Assembly (NCBI GenBank): GCA_964014485.1
Contig: CAXHAT010000075.1
Coordinates: forward strand, 1-35,468
Reading direction: 5' to 3'
DNA: 35,468 bases
Origin: an uncultured Deferribacteres bacterium
GTDB taxonomy: Bacteria; Zhuqueibacterota; Zhuqueibacteria; Zhuqueibacterales; Geothermadaptataceae
Of this stretch, positions 28,335 to 35,468 are shown piece by piece. How positions within the stretch are numbered: the first letter of the stretch is position 1; each line of letters opens with the position of its first letter. A model generated the notes under the pieces. The model ran no database searches, was not told where the DNA came from, and saw nothing but the letters and a program-made list of their open reading frames with translations. The position numbers were made by a program, and so were the translations under genes.

Positions 28335-31300
28335 CTAAACAGGCTCTGCAATTTGTTTCGTATCATCTTCGACATCGTCCTGTATTCGCCAACCCTTCCA
28401 CAAAAAATAAATCGCCGGAATCACGATCAGCGTGAGAATCGTTGAAGAAACCATGCCGCCGACCATCGGCGCGGCGATGCGTTTCATCACGTCCGAGCCG
28501 GCGCCAGCGCCCCACATGATGGGCAGCAATCCGGCCATCGTTGAAATCACCGTCATCAGCTTCGGGCGCACACGCTCAACCGCTCCTTCGATGATCGCGC
28601 CAAATAGGTGTTTTTGGTGCTGCATTTCGTTGCGCGCCCGCCATCTCGCAAACGCCTGATCGAGATAGATCAACATCACCACGCCCGTCTCCGCCGCTAC
28701 GCCCGCCAGCGCGATAAAACCCACGCCCACCGCGACGCTGAAATCATAATCCAAAACGTACATCAACCAAACGCCGCCAATCAGCGCGAAGGGCAGCGAC
28801 AGCATGACCAGCAGGCTTTCTTTAATGCTCTTGAAATTCATATAAAGCAGCAAGAAAATGATCGCCAACGTCACCGGAATGATGATTTGCAAGCGCTGCT
28901 TAGCACGCTGCATATACTCATACTGCCCGCTCCAAACAATACTGTAACCCGGCGGCAAGTCAATTTGCGCGCTCACGGCTTGCTGCGCACGCTCAACGTA
29001 AGTGCCAACGTCGACGTTTTTGATGTCCACATAAACCCAAGCTGTTTTACGTGCATTTTCACTCTTGATCCCGGGCGGGCCTTTTTTGATTTCGATCTCG
29101 GCGACTTGGCTCATTGGGATTTGCGCGCCGTGCGGCGTGGAGATCAGCACGCGGCGCAGGCTTTCGATATTGTCGCGCAGTTCGCGGCTGTAGCGCACGT
29201 TGACCGGATAACGCTCCAAACCTTCCACCGTTTGCGTCACATTCATGCCGCCAATCGCGGTTTTGATGATGTCCTGCACGTCGCCAACGTTGAGCCCGTA
29301 ACGCATTGCTTCTTCGCGCTTGATGCGAAAATCGAGATAGTTGCCGCCGACGGTTTTTTCAGGAAACACGCTCAAAGTCCCGGAAACGCCGCGCACGATG
29401 TTCGCCGTTTCCTGCGCCAAATCCGACAAAATGTTCAAGTCGTCGCCCATGATTTTAATACCGACCGGCGTTTTAATGCCAGTGGAAAGCATGTCTATGC
29501 GAGTTTTGATCGGCATCGTCCAGGCATTTGTCAAACCGGGAAATTGGATGGCGGCGTTGAGTTCTTCGACGAGCTTGTCTGGGGTCATGCCGTCGCGCCA
29601 CTCACTCTCAGGCTTCAAGGTAATGGTTGTCTCGATCATTGAAAGCGGCGCCGGGTCGGTAGCGGTTTCCGCGCGGCCAACTTTGCCGAAAACTTGCTCA
29701 ACTTCCGGGAATTGGCGGATGATTTTGTCGGTTTGCTGCAAAACTTCCCGAGCTTTGGTGATGCTGATTCCTGGATCAGTGGTCGGCATGTAGAGCAAAT
29801 CACCTTCATAAAGCGGCGGCATGAATTCCGAGCCAATGCGTGAAAGCGGGAAAAAACTGAAGCCCAAAACCAGCGTCGCAACCAAAATCGTCGACTTTGG
29901 AAAGCGCAATACGCCGCGAATCATCGGGCGGTAAACCCAGATCAAAAAACGGCTGATTGGATTTTTGCGCTCCGGCATTATTTTGCCGCGAATGAGAAAT
30001 CCCATAAGCACCGGCACGATGGTGACGGCGAGAAAAGCGGAGGCGGCCATCGCGAAGGTTTTGGTGTAGGCCAGCGGCTTAAACAAACGCCCTTCCTGCG
30101 CTTCCAATGTCAGCACCGGCAGAAAAGAGACTGTGATAATGAGCAATGAGTAAAACAGCGCCGGCCCAACTTCTTTGGAAGCGTCGGTGATGATCTGCCA
30201 ATGGCTTTTCTCACCGCCGTCCTGTTCAAGATGTTTGTGTGCGTTTTCAATCATCACAATCGCCGCGTCGATCATCGCGCCTATGGCAATGGCGATGCCG
30301 CCGAGGGACATGATATTCGCGTTCACGCCCAAACTTTGCATCACGATAAACGAAATAAGCACAGCTGCGGGAAGCGTAAAAATAGCGACAAACGCGCTGC
30401 GAAAATGGAGTAGAAAAATGATGCAAACCAGTGCCACAACGAGGCTTTCTTCGATAAGTTTGCTTTGTAAATTGTCAATCGCACGGTTAATCAATCCTGA
30501 ACGATCATAAACCGGCTGGATTTCCACGCCCTCCGGCAGCCCTGCCTTTAATTCATCCAATTTTTCTTTAATCCGCTCGATGGTTTCAAGGGCATTGTCG
30601 CCATAGCGCATGACCACAATGCCGCCAGCCACCTCGCCTTCGCCGTTGAGGTCTGCCAAGCCGCGCCGCAATTCCGGCCCTATGTGGACGTGCGCGACCT
30701 GTTTCAGAGTAATCGGCGTGCCCATTCGGTCGACCGCAAGCGTGACTTTTTCGAGATCGGCGACGGATTGGATATAGCCCAAACCACGTACCATGAATTC
30801 CGTTTCACCCATCTCGATCAGCCGTCCGCCAACATCGTTGTTGGCTTTTTGAATCGCCGTTTTGACTTTGCTGAGCGGAATGTCGTAGATCAAAAGCTTG
30901 TTCGGATCGACTTCCACTTGATATTGTTTTACAAAGCCGCCAATGCTGGCAACTTCGGCCACGCCGGGCACGGCGGTCAATTCGTAGCGCAGGAACCAAT
31001 CCTGAATCGAGCGCAATTGGGCAAGATCGTGACGGTCGCTTTTGAGCACGTATTCATAGACCCAGCCAACGCCGGTAGCGTCCGGGCCGAGCGTGGGCGT
31101 GATTCCTTGCGGCAGGCGCTTGGAAACGTAATTGAGATATTCCAGCACCCGACTGCGCGCCCAGTACAAGTCGGTTCCGTCTTCAAAAATGACATAAACG
31201 AAGGACAGTCCAAAAAACGAATACCCGCGCACAACTTTCGCATGCGGCACGGCGAGCATTGAGGTCGTCAGCGGATACGTCACCTGATCTTCCACGACTT

Positions 31301-31475
31301 GCGGCGCTTGTCCGGAGTATTCGGTGAGAATAATCACCTGAACGTCGGAGAGATCAGGAATCGCATCGACGGGCGTATTCACCAGCGCATACCCGCCCAT
31401 TGTAATGGCGAAAAGCGTCGCCAGTATCACGATAAAGCGATTCTTGACCGACCACTCTATGATTTTTTCTAACAT
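28335..31475 (-). CDS. cusA: CusA/CzcA family heavy-metal RND efflux permease (Cu/Ag type)
   Basis: 1046 aa; DAIPDLSDVQVI, GPDATGVGWVYEY, AIAIGAMIDAAIVMIEN; Met-triad contexts EGDLLYMP, APLSMIET, RIDMLSTG. Confidence 0.96.
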   Translation of the reverse strand: MLEKIIEWSVKNRFIVILATLFAITMGGYALVNTPVDAIPDLSDVQVIILTEYSGQAPQVVEDQVTYPLTTSMLAVPHAKVVRGYSFFGLSFVYVIFEDGTDLYWARSRVLEYLNYVSKRLPQGITPTLGPDATGVGWVYEYVLKSDRHDLAQLRSIQDWFLRYELTAVPGVAEVASIGGFVKQYQVEVDPNKLLIYDIPLSKVKTAIQKANNDVGGRLIEMGETEFMVRGLGYIQSVADLEKVTLAVDRMGTPITLKQVAHVHIGPELRRGLADLNGEGEVAGGIVVMRYGDNALETIERIKEKLDELKAGLPEGVEIQPVYDRSGLINRAIDNLQSKLIEESLVVALVCIIFLLHFRSAFVAIFTLPAAVLISFIVMQSLGVNANIMSLGGIAIAIGAMIDAAIVMIENAHKHLEQDGGEKSHWQIITDASKEVGPALFYSLLIITVSFLPVLTLEAQEGRLFKPLAYTKTFAMAASAFLAVTIVPVLMGFLIRGKIMPERKNPISRFLIWVYRPMIRGVLRFPKSTILVATLVLGFSFFPLSRIGSEFMPPLYEGDLLYMPTTDPGISITKAREVLQQTDKIIRQFPEVEQVFGKVGRAETATDPAPLSMIETTITLKPESEWRDGMTPDKLVEELNAAIQFPGLTNAWTMPIKTRIDMLSTGIKTPVGIKIMGDDLNILSDLAQETANIVRGVSGTLSVFPEKTVGGNYLDFRIKREEAMRYGLNVGDVQDIIKTAIGGMNVTQTVEGLERYPVNVRYSRELRDNIESLRRVLISTPHGAQIPMSQVAEIEIKKGPPGIKSENARKTAWVYVDIKNVDVGTYVERAQQAVSAQIDLPPGYSIVWSGQYEYMQRAKQRLQIIIPVTLAIIFLLLYMNFKSIKESLLVMLSLPFALIGGVWLMYVLDYDFSVAVGVGFIALAGVAAETGVVMLIYLDQAFARWRARNEMQHQKHLFGAIIEGAVERVRPKLMTVISTMAGLLPIMWGAGAGSDVMKRIAAPMVGGMVSSTILTLIVIPAIYFLWKGWRIQDDVEDDTKQIAEPV

Positions 31476-31651
31476 CCGTTGTTCTCGTTTTTATCAGGAA
31501 GACATGCTTTATCTTCCTTTATTTCCACACTCAAAAGTACATTCAAGCATGATTTCCCAGCTGGCGAGGCCTCATTTTCGGTATTGCGGGCCAGATTGAA
31601 AATATTTATCTTTCTTTTGTCGCTAAATGTATGAATAAATCGGGCCTTGAC

Positions 31652-31891
31652 ATGCAAACCATCCAGCTATCACTTGACGACGAATTATCGAATGCTCTGC
31701 TTGCCGACGCAACAGACAAAAATGTTGATCGTGCGGAACTCATTCGCGAAGCCATTCGATTCTATTTGCGTGTCAGAAAAGAAGCCGTGATCAAACGGCA
31801 ATACGAGGCCGGTTATGGCAGCGCCGATCTGACCAAGCTCGCTCTTGAAATGAAAGACTGGGAGGACGAGCAAGTATGGCCAGAACCCTAA
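31652..31891 (+). CDS. Ribbon-helix-helix (CopG-like) protein resembling the antitoxins of PemK/MazF pairs
   Basis: MQTIQLSLDDEL...RAELIREAIRFYL...YEAGY and an acidic tail ending WEDEQVWPEP. Confidence 0.78.
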   Translation: MQTIQLSLDDELSNALLADATDKNVDRAELIREAIRFYLRVRKEAVIKRQYEAGYGSADLTKLALEMKDWEDEQVWPEP

Positions 31892-31936
31892 TATTACAAC
31901 ATTAAGTCCCGCGGATCGCGCAATAAAAGAGTCGTT

Positions 31937-32000
31937 CTCGTTCCAATGCTTTGCGTTGGAATGCTTTGCGTTGGAATGCAGCATCCGGCGCTTCGCGCCG
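31937..32000. repeat. REP-like palindrome (CTCGTTCC...GGAATGC type) with an internal 15-bp tandem duplication
   Basis: CTCGTTCCAATGCTTTGCGTTGGAATGC; unit AATGCTTTGCGTTGG at 31945-31959 and 31960-31974; followed by the small hairpin CGGCGCTTCGCGCCG. Confidence 0.6.
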
Positions 32001-32085
32001 ATTCGTTCAGGTTCAAAATCATGCGGACGGAACTCGATTCCAGATTTCTGCATTTCCAACCTTCCCATTCCAACCTGCCGCCTGC

Positions 32086-33483
32086 CTAATTTTTCTTCAT
32101 CTCCAACATCTTCTGAATCGCCTCGCGTAAACGGCTCTCCGAATCTAACAAAAATTGCGCGCTGGTGACGATCGTTTCGCCTTCATTCAAACCGGAAACG
32201 ACGCGCACCAACCCGCCGTCGCCCTCCGCGCCGGTAACGATTTCACGCGGTGCGAATTTTCCCTCGCCCAAATCGACAAAAACCACATTGCGCACGCCGC
32301 TTCGCAGAATCGCTTCCGCCGGAATCACCAAGATGTCGTTGCCAATGCGGGACTCTAGGCGGATGTTGGCATACATCTGCGGTTTGAGCTGTAACCCGGG
32401 GTTGTCGAAGACCAAACGCAGCTTCACGTCGCGTGTTTTTTGGTCAAGATAGGGATAAATGTAATCGATGCGGCCGGTGAACTTTTTGCCGGGCAAATAG
32501 GTCAGTTCCATTTCCGCCGTCTGGCCAACACGAATCCACGGCAGATCCGACTCGAACACATGCGCGATTACCCAAATCGATGAAATGTCGCCGATGCGAA
32601 ACAATTCTTCCCCTGCTTTGACGCTCATTCCTTCAACTGCGTTTTTGTGCATCACCACGCCGCCGGCCGGGGCGTGAATCGTCAGGCTTTTTTTGGTTTT
32701 CCCTTCGGTCTCAAGCTCTGCAATTTGCTTTTCTGAAATGTCCCAATACGTCAGGCGGCGGCGTGAAGCGGCGAGCAGATTTTCGGCGTTCTTGCGAATT
32801 TCGTCGTTTGAAGCGCTTTGAACCTTCCTAAAATTTTCTAACGCCAGCAAGTATTCTTGCTGCGTCGTGACAAGTTCGGGCGAGTAGACGGCGAATAGCG
32901 GCTGGCCTTTCTGCACCAAATCACCGGTGCGCTCAACAAACATTTTCTCGATCCAGCCATTGAATTTGGTGTTGACAACGCAGAGTTTTTCTTCGTTATA
33001 GTCAAGATGTCCAACCGTTCGAACGATGCGCGAAAACGGCCGGCGCGCTACTTTCGCCGTGCGTACGCCAATGCTTTGCACCGTTACCGGATCAATAGAA
33101 ATGGTGTTTCCGCCAACAACCTCTTCGCCCTCGTAGACTGGGATCAAATCCATGCCCATTGGGGACTTCCCCGGTTTGTCGGAAATATAGCTTGGGTCCA
33201 TCGGCGCACGCCAATGGATAATTTTCTTTTCACTGCCCGGCTTGCCCGTCTCTAACTCATGCTGTGCGTGCTCCTCCGGGGTTTCCGCGTTCATCGGGGT
33301 GAGATTCATATGGCAAATCGGGCACCGGCCCGGTTCTTCCTGAATCACCTCCGGGTGCATCCCGCATGTGTATAATTGTTTCCGCCCTTCAACCTCGAGA
33401 TCGCCGGAGGAATCGCTGCAACCCGTCAATCCTACGGCAATAGTCATCGCGAACAAAAACAGAGTTTTATGTAAAAATTTCAT
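32086..33483 (-). CDS. cusB: CusB family RND efflux periplasmic adaptor with N-terminal metal-binding domains
   Basis: Likely start 33483 (MKFLHK...LTGC lipobox; alternative 33570); YTCGMHP...CPICHM, WRAPMDP...PGKSPMGMDL, GWIEK, YSPELVTTQQEYL, SAQFLLDSES. Confidence 0.92.
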   Translation of the reverse strand: MKFLHKTLFLFAMTIAVGLTGCSDSSGDLEVEGRKQLYTCGMHPEVIQEEPGRCPICHMNLTPMNAETPEEHAQHELETGKPGSEKKIIHWRAPMDPSYISDKPGKSPMGMDLIPVYEGEEVVGGNTISIDPVTVQSIGVRTAKVARRPFSRIVRTVGHLDYNEEKLCVVNTKFNGWIEKMFVERTGDLVQKGQPLFAVYSPELVTTQQEYLLALENFRKVQSASNDEIRKNAENLLAASRRRLTYWDISEKQIAELETEGKTKKSLTIHAPAGGVVMHKNAVEGMSVKAGEELFRIGDISSIWVIAHVFESDLPWIRVGQTAEMELTYLPGKKFTGRIDYIYPYLDQKTRDVKLRLVFDNPGLQLKPQMYANIRLESRIGNDILVIPAEAILRSGVRNVVFVDLGEGKFAPREIVTGAEGDGGLVRVVSGLNEGETIVTSAQFLLDSESRLREAIQKMLEMKKN

Positions 33484-33566
33484 GTGACATACCCGGCTTT
33501 TGCCTGAAAATAGATTCAACTTGAAAGTCCGCCAACCGCAACGTGAGTCCGATTCAAAAAAGTCAG

Positions 33567-34841
33567 TCATTTTGAATGGCGCGCTTCAAAAATATTTACC
33601 CCGCCAACAGCCCGCTCGAGCGCAGCGATTTGTTTGTGGCAGCTCGCCAATTCTCTCACATGGCTTAGCTTAAATTGCAACAGCGCTCTCTCTGCATCGA
33701 GTAAAGTTAAGAATTCCAACTTGCCCGTTTGGTAGGCTGCCAAAGCGGATTGCAGGCTCGTTTCGGCCTGCGTAATCAAACCTTGCTCGTAAAGGTCAAG
33801 CGTTTCGCGCGTTGTTTTAATTTGAAAATTGAGATCAGTAATCTCGGCGATCACGCCGTTTTTCAGATTTTCATAGCTCAATTCGTTTGCCGTTTGTCTT
33901 GCTCGCGCCTCATTTACGTTCGCTTTTCGTTTGCCGCGCCAAATGGGCAGGTTAACGCCGATCATTAACGAAAAAGGGTCTTTCCCGTCGTCTTCCGCCG
34001 CAGTCAGCCCGGAAGGAATAGTCGTGTAAGCGCCTTGAAGATTGAAATCAGGCAAGTACTCCTTTCTAGCAAGTGCGACTCCTAATTCGCTTTTGAGAAT
34101 CATTGTGTGAGCAATAATCAACTCCTGCCGATTCGCAAGCGCTGTTTGAATAATCGTCGAATCCGGCAGGTTTGAGCGAATGCTGTCGAGCTGAGACGAA
34201 GTTTCGATTGGAAAATCTGCGGGATTGTTTAACAGCGCGTTGAGCCGCGCCATTGCGCCGATGCGCATTTTCGCAAAGCCGAGCTTCTTCTCTGCGATGC
34301 TGGACAGCTCTACCTGCGATTTGATGACATTCGCTTGAATCCCTTGGCCCGTCGCGTAGCGTTGTTCCGCCGCGCGGGTAAAACCTCGTAAAAGCGCCTG
34401 ATAATTGTCCAGAATCTCGAGAGAGCGATCCGTCCAGTGCAAATCGAAAAAAGCGTTCTTAAGCTTGAACACGACGTCTCTTTGGACAATTTCATAGCGC
34501 AATCTCTCAATGGCCGCTTCTTCTCCGGCAATCTCGCCCTTCAGACGCAGCTTGCCTGGAAACGGGATGCGCTGGGAGAGAGAAAAAACATTTTCCTGCG
34601 GCCCGACGCGCGTTTCGACGCTGCTCAACCATCGTGCATAGCTAAGGATCGGATCGGGAAAACTCGACGCTTGTCTGGGCAGATAACGACTGGCTCGCCA
34701 TCGCTCCTTAGCCGCTTGAATTTCAAGATTTTGTTCAAGTGTTCGTTGGATTAAGTCGGATAATCCCTGCTTTTGCCGTGCAGGCGTTTGCGCATTAACA
34801 CACCAAGCCCAACAAAGCAAAATGAGCATCCCTGTCCTCAA
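33567..34841 (-). CDS. TolC family outer-membrane efflux channel (CusC-like)
   Basis: Signal peptide; SQRIPFPGK, LARKEYLPDF, GVNLPIW, AYQTGKLEFLTLLDAE, ALERAVG; TTG start with GAGG upstream. Confidence 0.9.
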   Translation of the reverse strand: MRTGMLILLCWAWCVNAQTPARQKQGLSDLIQRTLEQNLEIQAAKERWRASRYLPRQASSFPDPILSYARWLSSVETRVGPQENVFSLSQRIPFPGKLRLKGEIAGEEAAIERLRYEIVQRDVVFKLKNAFFDLHWTDRSLEILDNYQALLRGFTRAAEQRYATGQGIQANVIKSQVELSSIAEKKLGFAKMRIGAMARLNALLNNPADFPIETSSQLDSIRSNLPDSTIIQTALANRQELIIAHTMILKSELGVALARKEYLPDFNLQGAYTTIPSGLTAAEDDGKDPFSLMIGVNLPIWRGKRKANVNEARARQTANELSYENLKNGVIAEITDLNFQIKTTRETLDLYEQGLITQAETSLQSALAAYQTGKLEFLTLLDAERALLQFKLSHVRELASCHKQIAALERAVGGVNIFEARHSK

Positions 34842-34965
34842 AATAGAACCTCATGCAATAGTCAAAGAGCAATCAGGCCGTCAGCGGCTCCAATTGCTTA
34901 GATTAGCTGCGTTGGAAGAGAAGGATAATGAAAAGTAAACGGATGGAGATCCGCAAAGGCGAGAA

Positions 34966-35343
34966 TCAGATCAGGAAGGCGGCTGTTTTTTTGTAGATTT
35001 GATTATCAAGAAGTTCTGCAGGCGCGAAATTTCGAGATAGAAAGAGATGAGCCGTTTTACCGTCGGCTTGAGGAAGAAAAACGTTGCTTGCCGTGCGGAA
35101 AGATTCAATTTTTGAGGCGCTTTTCGTTGAGCTAACCGGCGCGGGGATAGAATCACCGTCCTGTTTTGGCGCTTCAACATCACAGCAGACGGCTTTCGTG
35201 ATAGAAGTTTTTTGACAGCACGAATCCTGCGCCTTCACTTCGCACGAACTTTGGCTTGCCAGCAGGGAAGCCGCCGGCGCAAAATGAGCGAGAATGAGCG
35301 CGAGTGTTACAAAAACTGTTTTCTTGGATCGAGCCATCATCAA
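34966..35343 (-). CDS. Small Cys-pair-rich exported protein upstream of the metal efflux operon
   Basis: Hydrophobic N-terminus, C..CC..CC cluster, C-terminus IYKKTAAFLI; co-oriented just upstream of the tolC gene. Confidence 0.6.
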   Translation of the reverse strand: MMMARSKKTVFVTLALILAHFAPAASLLASQSSCEVKAQDSCCQKTSITKAVCCDVEAPKQDGDSIPAPVSSTKSASKIESFRTASNVFLPQADGKTAHLFLSRNFAPAELLDNQIYKKTAAFLI

Positions 35344-35468
35344 ATCAGAATTGAGTTGTTACCTGACACCGATGTTTATGAATTTCACTACCTGGCTTTT
35401 TGAATAGGCTTCTAACGCTGGCGAAAGAGGCCGGAATTTTCATGCTGGAAGCATCTTTTTTGATCCAA

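Noticed and set aside
28608..29642. 344-aa + strand ORF
   Set aside because: Antisense shadow of cusA with no recognisable motifs, expected from codon bias
31685..32168. ORFs with HSNAKHSNAK / MECFALEC repeats as a possible toxin for the RHH gene
   Set aside because: They are translations of the 15-bp tandem duplication and show no PemK/MazF or PIN motifs

Overview
A gene-dense bacterial window. A PorV/UPF0164 beta-barrel and two proteins with 'NYPNPFNP' secretion-type C-terminal domains suggest an FCB-group organism, perhaps KSB1- or Calditrichota-like (inference). From left to right: (i) mobA, a TrmH/SpoU methyltransferase, a solitary gcvP and a divergent FdhF/YdeP molybdoenzyme; (ii) a + strand block with a PorV-like barrel, two tandem Uma2 nucleases, a GH5-CBM6-CTD glycosidase, a coiled-coil membrane protein and a SurA-like lipoprotein; (iii) a self-contained two-gene operon of unknown function (14021-16707), followed by REP doublets and a 176-bp MITE with perfect terminal inverted repeats and an 8-bp target duplication; (iv) a long - strand region carrying a copper/silver resistance cluster (Cys-rich leader, TolC, CusB, CusA, a triple-YHS CopA, a His-rich ALDC-like lipoprotein, an HMA lipoprotein) and ending in a pentaheme cytochrome c coupled to an FG-GAP protein. 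Antisense toxin-antitoxin modules, dinD and several unrelated REP-like palindrome families interrupt this cluster at gene junctions. The best novelty candidates are the 14.0-16.7 kb operon (an apparently two-domain, possibly TULIP-like protein plus a cupredoxin-like repeat protein) and the REP-carrying MITE. All family calls come from motif recognition by eye; no database search was run.
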